DNA of 30,714 nucleotides, taken from positions 1 to 30,714 of the IMG/VR virus record IMGVR_UViG_3300039441_000116; one strand, 5' to 3'. Of the stretch, positions 8,483 to 16,800 are shown piece after piece. How positions within the stretch are numbered: position 1 is the stretch's first letter; each line of letters starts with the position of its first letter. Under the pieces are notes generated by a model, which had not been told where the DNA came from, did no database searches, and saw only the letters and a list, made by a program, of their open reading frames with translations. The translations under genes were made by a program, and so were the position numbers. The stretch is from a virus. Taxonomy: Duplodnaviria; Caudoviricetes.

Positions 8483-8533
8483 TTACCTCTCCTGGGAACG
8501 CTTGAAGTTTGCTCGTTCCTACAGGAGAGATAA
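8483..8533 (-). promoter_or_regulatory. RNA hairpin sequestering the holin Shine-Dalgarno
   Basis: mRNA UUAUCUCUCCUG pairs with CAGGAGAGGUAA (12 bp, one G-U), then a UA bulge and GGAACG/CGUUCC (6 bp). Confidence 0.75.
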
Positions 8534-8600
8534 TGCGTCGTGCCGGCTCGAGAATCTCTTTAGACGAATGTCTGGACCGACGCGTCGACGACCAACTTGG

Positions 8601-9566
8601 CTAGTCGGAGAGCTCGTCCTCGGTCGGGATGAGGCCCGAGGCTTTAGCGAGCTCGAGGTGTTTAGCCTTCGCCCACTTCTTGACGCTGGGGTAGTAGCCC
8701 GTTGCCGCGATGAGGTCGAGCTCCTCGATTGTCAAGGAGTCCTCGAGGTTGAGCAGCTCAGTCATCAGCTCGGTGACTGCTGTGCGCTCGTGGTCCTTCA
8801 GCCGAACGTCAACACCGGCCAGCAGGTTCTGGACGTAGGGGTTGATGGCGTCGTCGATGCTCGGGCCAGGTTCGTTGGAGATTCGCTGCGACTTGTCAAC
8901 CTCTTGAGCTGACATCGGCTTTGCCCTGAGGGACTCTTGAGCGAGTGTGGCGGACTTACGCATCAGTGCTTCCGGCGTCGTCTTCAAGACTTGTGCCTTT
9001 TTCTCAAAGAAATCAAGCGCTTCTGCCTGCGTCATCAGCTTGATGGTGCCGTTAGAAGCATTCTGCACCAAGTCAGCGGAATCACGAATAATCTCGTACT
9101 GAGCATAGCGTGAAAGACATATTGGGTCGCCAGGCTTGATCGGCGGAATCTTGATTCGTTCTCCGGATTTGCCTTTGAGCTCGATGATGACGTGCATGCC
9201 GCGCTTGGCGGTCGCCTTCACCCAGACCATGCCGTCGCCGCCGTTCTTCTTGTCGACCTTGTCGAAGAAGTCGACGACGTTCATCATCGTGTGTGCTGGA
9301 TTATACTGCAAGTTTGCCATATATCTCTTCTCTACCTTCACGACTTCTGGCATGACCATTGCACTTCTCGACTGGACGGACGAAGGCGGTCTCGGGCATT
9401 GCCCCAAGTCCGCAAGTAGTCGAATTGTGAACGGTTGTTCTTGAACGGCGGCTGCGTGTCCGCCCTTGAGGGCGAATCGAGCAACCGCTGGGGCCACGTA
9501 CTCGACGACAGTCCCGTCAGGTGACAGGACAGCGACGTCATCAGGAGAGGAGCTGTGCTCGGCCAC
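8601..9566 (-). CDS. Protein with N-terminal PLMP/RRXRR-like domain fused to an uncharacterised phage domain
   Basis: Residues 11-51 VAVLSPDGTVVEYVAPAVARFALKGGHAAAVQEQPFTIRLL match the RRXRR/PLMP pattern; possible internal start ATG at 9320 after a purine-rich tract. Confidence 0.65.
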   Translation of the reverse strand: MAEHSSSPDDVAVLSPDGTVVEYVAPAVARFALKGGHAAAVQEQPFTIRLLADLGQCPRPPSSVQSRSAMVMPEVVKVEKRYMANLQYNPAHTMMNVVDFFDKVDKKNGGDGMVWVKATAKRGMHVIIELKGKSGERIKIPPIKPGDPICLSRYAQYEIIRDSADLVQNASNGTIKLMTQAEALDFFEKKAQVLKTTPEALMRKSATLAQESLRAKPMSAQEVDKSQRISNEPGPSIDDAINPYVQNLLAGVDVRLKDHERTAVTELMTELLNLEDSLTIEELDLIAATGYYPSVKKWAKAKHLELAKASGLIPTEDELSD

Positions 9567-9738
9567 ACCAGAGTCTTATGTCTCTCGGGAGTGTGCGTCC
9601 CGGTAGCGCATCTTGTCGGCGCTTGCCTGCGGCTGGTCCGCGAAGCGCTCCGACTTGACCCCTAGAATAGAGTTCTGAACTGAGCAGTCGGTAACATGCT
9701 TTGTGACCCGCGGTCTGAAAATTGCAGTCTGGGTGGGG

Positions 9739-10629
9739 ATGTCGAATCTTGAAGACCTGACTGGTCGTACATTCGAATCTGACGTGAACATCGCGCTGGT
9801 TCTTGGACTATCGCATATGTACCGAGACAGGTTTGCGATGTGGCATGTTGAGTGGTTCTGCGGCCATGTGGGAGTCGTGCGAGGATCCCATCTAAAGAGC
9901 GGCGCAATTCGTGACTGCCTGAACGCCACCTGCAGAGCCGATAGGGCTCGACCGGCCTTCAACTGGACCGACGAGATGCACGAGGTTGTTGACGGGTTAC
10001 TGCTCGGAGATGGTCATCTTAACCGAGGCTCCCTGATATTTTCTAAGTCTAAAGGTAGGACCCGCGGATATGACCAACGTCAGTGGGTGAGAGCAGCTAG
10101 CCAAACGCTTCGACAGAATGGAATCCGAGTCAAGGTATATCAACGGGCATCAAGGGTTCGCGAGGTCGCAGGGCGCACTGTACACTCGCATCCGTCTCTA
10201 AAGCTGTACACGAGTGTGTATTCTAACTTCGTGGCGGAAACGGCTCGCTGGTATCCGCAAGGAACGAAAGCCGTGCCGAAAGATGTGCGACTCACACCTA
10301 GGTCGCTTGCGTGGTGGTTTATGGCCGACGGGTCGACCGCGTGGTGGGGTCGCGACAAGCGCGCACCGATTAAGAATCAGGTAATGCTGCAGCTCAATAC
10401 GCAAGCGTTCTCTGTTTCTGAATGCGATATGCTCGCAGCACGAATACACTCGGAATACGGCATTCGTTTTGGCCTCGGGCACGCTCGAGGACAAGTCTTC
10501 TTGCAATGCGCGGCCATCGACCGGGTCAACAGGTTCTTGGACCTCGTTGAGCCGTTCGTACATCCGTCGTGTGCGTACAAGATCAAGCGTCCGTGGTATC
10601 GACATCGCTGGCCTAAATCACGTTCCTAA
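9739..10629 (+). mobile_element. Free-standing double-motif LAGLIDADG homing endonuclease
   Basis: VVDGLLLGDGHL and LTPRSLAWWFMADGS motifs, LNTQAFS, YKI terminus; N-terminal DLTGRTF...CG...RGSHLKSG...C module. Start placed at ATG 9739 (GTG 9703 is an alternative). Confidence 0.85.
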
Positions 10630-10643
10630 TTGTCTGCTTTGCC

Positions 10644-11546
10644 CTAGTTGCCTACATTGCCGGATGCGGCAGCTTCAACCTGAGCTTTCTCAGTCTTCTT
10701 TCGCTCTGCACGAGCTCGATTGGCTTTGGTTAAGCCTTCGTTCTTGCAGGTGCGGCAGACACGCTGGGTCTTGCCAGTCTTCTTATGGGTCTTGATGATG
10801 AGGTTCTCGCCCTCGAACGGGTGACCGTACTTGCAGTGCGTTCGGTCGGCGCACGCGTTCGATACATTGCCTGCCGCGAGGAAGTCGCGACGATTCGCTT
10901 GGTAGCGGTCGTTAGCTTGAGATCGATGGCACGCTTTACACACTCGGAAGGGTCCGCCACGTGCCGTCGTACGCACTTCGGTATTCTCTTCGTCGTACGG
11001 ATGGCCTTGAGGACAAAACTGCTTTGCTGCATTGGGTAGTGCGGGCTCGGGCAGCTGCTCGGGCAACCTGTTCCCGTCCGGAAAGTTGATGTTGGCGAAT
11101 CGCCCTTGCGTAGCGATCGCATGTGCGTCGTACGCTACTGCGGCTTGTTCGGCTGTCTCAAATGACCCGGCGTACGAGCGGACGCCGTTGGCTACGACTT
11201 CGGCCGACCATCTTCCATTCTCTCGCCGCCAGATGCCCTTGTACCCGGAAGTGTTATCAGACCTGAGTATCTTGTTCTGCGCGTTCTGCGCAGATGTTGC
11301 GAGACGAAGGTTTGACCTCTGGTTGTTCAGGCCGTTGAGGTCGATGTGGTCAATCTGAACGTTATCTGGAGGATTGAGAATGAAGCGATGCATCAGTATT
11401 TTCTCTCCATACGGCTTGCCTTGCGCGTATGTCGTATTTCGACGTTTCGGTTCTTCCTTCACCCACCAATGGAACTGACGAACCAACTCATAGTCGGCAT
11501 CATCAAGTAATACGTAATAACCCTTCTTTAGCCCTATTTTCTTCAT
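10644..11546 (-). mobile_element. Free-standing HNH-AP2 homing endonuclease with two C-terminal Cys/His Zn-binding repeats
   Basis: MHRFIL, IDHIDLNGLNNQRSNLR (HNH), NTSGYKG...GSFETAEQAAVAYD...FANINF (AP2), CPQGHPY...CKAC and CKYGHPF...CRTC. Probable start is ATG 11546; the longer ORF overlaps the capsid gene and terminator. Confidence 0.88.
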
Positions 11547-11567
11547 GCACCGGTATAATGCATGAAA
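11541..11567 (-). promoter_or_regulatory. Hairpin enclosing the HNH start codon
   Basis: TTCATGCA-(9 nt)-TGCATGAA perfect 8-bp inverted repeat; the AUG lies in the 3' arm on the minus-strand mRNA. Confidence 0.6.
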
Positions 11568-11584
11568 GGTGCCACGTGGGGCCC

Positions 11585-11622
11585 AAATAAAAAGGCCGGT
11601 CACCCTGCGATGACCGGCCTTT
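11585..11622 (-). terminator. Rho-independent terminator after the major capsid gene
   Basis: AAAGGCCGGTCA-(8 nt)-TGACCGGCCTTT 12-bp stem; minus strand continues into UUUUUAUUU; about 25 nt after the MCP stop. Confidence 0.9.
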
Positions 11623-11646
11623 AAGAGCCTGAGAGATCTTAAGTTT

Positions 11647-12966
11647 CTAGCTTCGAACCGCCTTGGCCACTGAACGGCTGTTCGGGCCTCCGAAACCAAC
11701 AACTTCACAGAAACCGAAACCCTTAACGGTCTGCTTGAGAGGCAACAGGTTGTACGGTTCACTGAACAGTTCAACCCGGATGCCCATCTCGCCGATGTAC
11801 TCAGGTGCGGTCACCGCGTACATCGTTCCGCTTTGGATGACTTCCTCAGCCCCGATGCCGGCAGCCGTGAGGATGTGCGCACCCAACCACCGTCCGACAT
11901 ACCCTGCAAGATTCCACTCACGCTGGGTGACTGGGTCCACAGTGCCGGACATGTTGATTTGGATGTCGGCGACTTCCGACCGATTGATGAGGAACTTGTC
12001 CACGATCAAGCGGTGGCGCTCGACCTGGTAGCGCAAGTTCTCGAGAACCGAAAGCGACACCGTGGCGAACGTCGACACCGAGTTGATGGCTTGAGCCATG
12101 CGGTCGATGAGGCGCATACCACGTTTGTCCTCTTCCAACTCAATTTCTTGACGGGCCGTATCTTGCATACGGTCGAGCACGTCAAAGTTCATCTGGTAGA
12201 TCTCCATCATGTCCACTTCGGGATACGATGTGATCTTGCCCTCATCCGGAAGGATGTAGGTGCCGTACGCACGGCTCTCGATTCCCTGGCCGTCCTGACC
12301 GACGCTGTACGCGGTCGCACGAACGTCCTTCGCAATTCGGAAGAGCTCGCCCTGCGCGAGGGTTCGAACCCGAAGAATCTTGCGGATGAACCCTTCGTAG
12401 TCGATGATCGCCTTGATGGGAAGAGCGAGCTCTTGTCCAACAAGCGCGAAGCCTTCGCCGGTCGGGTCGTTCATCGCCGCCGCGAGGACTTTGCGTCGTT
12501 CCTCACGCTCGGCTGCCGAGGCCTGCCGCGTCATCTTCGACAGCGGAGACTGCCGGGTGACGTGGTTGAGCAAGTGCGCCGCTTGCGCGAGCGCGTCCTT
12601 GCGGTCCCACGCGTTCATCTCGCCGCGTGAGTCGTACATGCGGTCCGTGCGCGAGGAGAGAGCCTGTCGCACTGCACCGTTGTCCGAATAGCCGGCGAAG
12701 CGATACGGATTGAAGACGCCGCCCTGTCCTTGCGGCTCGAAGTTCTGCTCGTCCCGAGCGGAGGCGAAGCGTTGAATGACCGGAGTCGGAACGCCAACCG
12801 GCACCGTACGCTCGCCAGTCTGAGACTGAGCTTGCGGCTGTGCCTGTCGTTGTACGCCGGCCGAGGCCTGACGTTGGCCACCCTGCGGAGCACCTTGCGC
12901 ACCCTGAGGCTGCGCCGAGGCCGTCCGACGAAGCGGATTGTTTGGATTGATGAAGGTCGTAGCCAT
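11647..12966 (-). CDS. Major capsid protein (HK97-fold) with N-terminal low-complexity extension
   Basis: LALPIKAIIDYEGFIRKILRVRTLAQGE, FDVLDRMQDTARQEIELEED, APEYIGEMGIR, GFGFCEVVG resemble large-phage capsid proteins; position after protease and decoration genes; AAGGAG SD; terminator follows. Confidence 0.85.
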   Translation of the reverse strand: MATTFINPNNPLRRTASAQPQGAQGAPQGGQRQASAGVQRQAQPQAQSQTGERTVPVGVPTPVIQRFASARDEQNFEPQGQGGVFNPYRFAGYSDNGAVRQALSSRTDRMYDSRGEMNAWDRKDALAQAAHLLNHVTRQSPLSKMTRQASAAEREERRKVLAAAMNDPTGEGFALVGQELALPIKAIIDYEGFIRKILRVRTLAQGELFRIAKDVRATAYSVGQDGQGIESRAYGTYILPDEGKITSYPEVDMMEIYQMNFDVLDRMQDTARQEIELEEDKRGMRLIDRMAQAINSVSTFATVSLSVLENLRYQVERHRLIVDKFLINRSEVADIQINMSGTVDPVTQREWNLAGYVGRWLGAHILTAAGIGAEEVIQSGTMYAVTAPEYIGEMGIRVELFSEPYNLLPLKQTVKGFGFCEVVGFGGPNSRSVAKAVRS

Positions 12967-13023
12967 GATTGTTTCTGCTTCTCCTTGAGTCCTGCGGTAG
13001 ACGGACGTTCTCTAGCCCGAGGA

Positions 13024-13797
13024 CTAGGTCTGCGCTCCGTTGAAGCCGAACCAATCGACTCCGAGGAAGGGGTCAGTCGCGCTCGGGACACTGATGCAGT
13101 GGCCGACGAGCTTGTTGCCGCTCGAATCGCTCGTGAGGATGCCGCTCGAGTTCACGTAGAGGTTCGAAAGCGCGCCGGTCAGAGCGTACGCCTGCGACGT
13201 GTCGAACTCGGTCGTATAGACCTGAAACGGCGCCTCAAGAACTTCAACGCGAAGGTCTTGAATCGTCACGTAGTCGAGCGTCTGCCAGAAGTTTTTACCT
13301 TCGAGCTGATAGTCGAACTCCGTGAGCGAGCGCGAGTAGGTCACATAGACCGGCAGGGTCGGGTCGATCGACCCGGCGCCGACTTGCGTGATGGTTCCGT
13401 TGCTGAGGTTGACGGTGTAGTCGGTCGTAACCGTATACAGCGTACCTCCGCCCTGTGGAAGCGACCGCACCTGCAGCGAACCGCTGATGATGTTCGGCTT
13501 CAAGAGCGCCGTAGCGTTTGCGACGCCGAACGTCACCGACTGGTCGACGACGAGCGTCTGCCCAAGAGTGACTTTGGACCATCCGGCGAGCCCGAGAACC
13601 GCCGTGCCGTCGGAGAGGACCACCTCACCGACACTGTTGAGCATGACGGCCTGTCCAGCACGGAAGGTCGTTCCTGGATTGGCGCGATAGACGCCCAACC
13701 GACGATGCAGCTCGCTCCGATTGTGGTCGATGCCAGACGGGAAAAGCTGCTGTTGGAAGGAGGCTCGCGCCTGTGGATTAGCGATAAGCGATGCCAT
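13024..13797 (-). CDS. Putative capsid decoration/cement protein
   Basis: Lies between scaffold and MCP; FRAGQAV N-terminal and LYVNSSGILT...VGHCISVPSATDPFLGV C-terminal pattern typical of cement proteins, with an inserted beta domain (DYTVNLSNGTIT); AGGAG SD. Confidence 0.65.
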   Translation of the reverse strand: MASLIANPQARASFQQQLFPSGIDHNRSELHRRLGVYRANPGTTFRAGQAVMLNSVGEVVLSDGTAVLGLAGWSKVTLGQTLVVDQSVTFGVANATALLKPNIISGSLQVRSLPQGGGTLYTVTTDYTVNLSNGTITQVGAGSIDPTLPVYVTYSRSLTEFDYQLEGKNFWQTLDYVTIQDLRVEVLEAPFQVYTTEFDTSQAYALTGALSNLYVNSSGILTSDSSGNKLVGHCISVPSATDPFLGVDWFGFNGAQT

Positions 13798-13831
13798 TGT
13801 GTTTGATGTCTCCTAGTAGTCTTCCGGTCCG

Positions 13832-16800
13832 TTAGCTCGGCCGAAGCTCTTCGTTGAGGATTCGGCTAACCTTTGTCGGACTGAGCGCAGCGCGAATCGC
13901 ACTGGCCTTGTCTGTTGGACCTGCAACGCCGGAGTCAGCCATTCCGGGCGCGAGGGCGAGATTTCCACGTGAGAGGTCATGACGAAGCTCTGCGGCGCGC
14001 CGCATCGGCTCCTCCACCGGCACGAGCTGCTCCTCGGCGAAGACCTGCGGAATGGCCGCGGCCTGCTTCGAGATGTCCTGCTCGACACTAATGAGATACT
14101 TGTCGTCGTATGACATGATCTCTGATGCTCGATGGATGAGATGTTCGACCTCTTCCTCGGCGCTCTCCGCCCAGGCTGCCTCCACCAGGTGAAGGCCCAA
14201 CTGTTCGTCGACGCCTGTATACTGCATCTGTTGACCGGTCATCGCGCTGCGACCGATGGGACGCGGCACGGTAAGCGAGTCGAGCATCTTTGCCTTGAGT
14301 GGAGAGACCTCGATGTTCAGCTGCCCGCGCTTCGATGCGACCTTGAGCGCTCGTGCGAATCGGGATGCGTATGATTTCTCAAGCGCTTCCTTCTCCGCGT
14401 CGTGCTCCGTCTGCATGCGCTCCAGCTTGGATGCATGGAGCTTCGTCTGGCGCTCGAGAGCGGCCGTCAGCTCGGCGATTTTGGCCTGCACTGCCGGGTC
14501 CGCCAGGACGGTAGCAGTGCTGGCGGTCTTGGTCGCTGAGGCGGTTGCCGGAGTCGACGACGCCTCACCGACAGGCGGTGTCGGAGCAGGAGCCACGTCG
14601 GCCTTACGACCGCCGGGACCTACGCCGGCCTGACCGGCCATGTCGGAGGTGCCACCAGAGATAGCATCCTGCCGCACGGTGTACTTCGGCCGCTTCTCCT
14701 TGTTCACGTCTTCAGCGCCATCGGTCGCGTTCGTCTTCGGCGAAGCGACTTGAGCTTCGTCCTGCATGTCGGTGTCACGAGACTCGACGGAGTTGGTCGG
14801 CATCGGGCGCGACTCATTCGCGAACGTCTCCATGCCGCCCTCGGTAGCGCCGCCGACGACCGGAACGTCCTTGCCGGGCTCGTGCTGCTCGGTCGCGACG
14901 CTCATCGCGCCCTCGAGCGCACCGCCATCCGACATCGGGCGTCCGCCCTGGAAGTCGAACATCGCGCCCTCGACACTGTCCGCGAATCGCTTCGAGAACT
15001 CCGCCTTGTATTTGAGCGCCGTGCGCACGAGACCATCGCTCATGACGGAATCGATGAGCTCGTTGCCGAACTTCAGCTTGTCCGCGTTCGACGCGAGTTT
15101 GGCGTTTGGAGCGCTAACCTTGCCGCTCTTCACCGAGAAAATCTCACCGCTCGGGGCGAGAAGCGTGGCACCGTCATCGAAGACGTCCACCTCAAAGTCG
15201 CCGTACACCGACGCGTACTTCTCTTCTTTCATGTCACTTCCTTCGTCTGCCGCCGCGTACGGCGATTCGTGTTCATCCTCGTCACCCTCGGCGTGCGAGT
15301 GCATGGCCTCATCACCCTCGCCAGGCGCTTCCGCACCGGGCGGTAGCATTCCGAACTCCTCGGGGCTCTGCTCGCTCTTGGCAGGATTCATCTCCTGCTG
15401 GGTGAGGTCCTCAATGGTCGTCGGTGCGCCTCCAGGTCCTTTCGGTCCGCCGGGCGCGCCAGGCATTCCGCCCGGTCCCGCAGGCGCACCGCCAGGACCG
15501 ACGGCGGGAGCGTGATTCATCGGCATGCCGTTCTGGTCGAGGTGTAGCTGCACGCCGTCCGGAACAACCAGACTGACGTCGCTGGTGATGGGTAGATACT
15601 GAGCGCTCTTCGTAGCGCGAACGATGGCCTGGCTCAGCGAGTCGGCATGAACTTGTGCATACTCCACACTGTCTTGAGCGCTGATACGCAGAGTCTTCTG
15701 GAGTTCGTCGAACGAGGCCTGAACGCACAGGTGCTCGTCATCCCCGTTGATGCGGGCAATGTGGAATGTTTGAGATTGCGGAGAGCTCCCAGTAGAGAGC
15801 GCCGTCTTAGGCATTGATTGCTCCGATAGTCGAGCGAGCCTCGCCCAGTTGATGAGCTGCTCGGTCTCCTGTTCGAGGGATAGGTCGCCGTTGGCGGATG
15901 CCGCCTTCAGCAGCTCAATAGTGTGGGCCTTGGGGTCGGCCGGCTTGTGCACTCTGGAGTACTCTTCGAAGTCGACGCCCTGGCAATACTCGAATGCCTT
16001 GCGAATCTCGAAGCCGTCGCCCGCGCTAGTTCCCGGAATGCGAAGGTAGACGTCGATGAGACGTTGAAGGTTGCTCGGAACGGTCAGACCCGCAGTGCGT
16101 GCTAGCTTACGAACTTCTTCAGCAGTGATGCGCTTGAACTCGGAACCGCTCTTGAGCCAGAGACTTCCCTTCGCGGCGCCGCGGATGTGCGTGCAGAAGT
16201 CTTGAACCGAACGTGCGACGTGGTCGCAAACGTTGCACACTGTCGACGAGCAGCTGCAACCCATGCTTCCGGCATTGAGAAGTCCTGCTTGAATTCCACG
16301 TATGAGCGCCGGGTCTTTCTTTGTATCGACCGCGACGAGAATCTCGATGTACTCGTCTTTGACTACCGAGCCACACTTCGAACAGTGCAGACCGCTGGGG
16401 TCTCGCTCCGTCGCCTCTGCCGTTCGGTGATTGCACGTAGGGCAGTGCTCAAGAGCAGGAGCGTCATCATTGTAGTGAGCATCGAGAATGACTCCGCGTG
16501 CGCGCCTAGGGTCGGATGAGTTGAACGTCGCGAGACCGTTGTTGATCTGGTAAGAATGACTGCCTGAAATGGTCAAGTTGTAAACGGGTAGGTCATTCGG
16601 CACCGTCTCTACGGAAACGATCGGCACCAAGAGATGCTCGCCGCTATCGCGGACCTGATTCGCAGCCGTCAATGGAGGCCGCTCATCTGCTAGGGCCGCT
16701 TCGCCCCAAATAAGCCGTGCGAGCTTGGTTGCATACCACCCGTGAATTCGAATTTGATAGGCGGTATGCTTTCGAGTCTTGTTTGGCTTTTGAAGGCAGA

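Noticed and set aside
8601-11546. A complete or split IscB/OMEGA nuclease formed from the PLMP gene plus the nearby HNH
   Set aside because: No RuvC motifs or bridge helix; the HNH is a typical HNH-AP2 homing type and is separated by another gene.
9567-11646. Group I intron housing the endonucleases
   Set aside because: Flanking genes look intact, the two ORFs are on opposite strands, and there is no room for or sign of P/Q/R/S core elements.
12730-13806. Long + strand ORFs antisense to capsid, scaffold, portal and terminase genes (e.g. 358, 249, 301, 285 aa)
   Set aside because: Shadow ORFs expected from GC-rich codon bias; no motifs or SD support.
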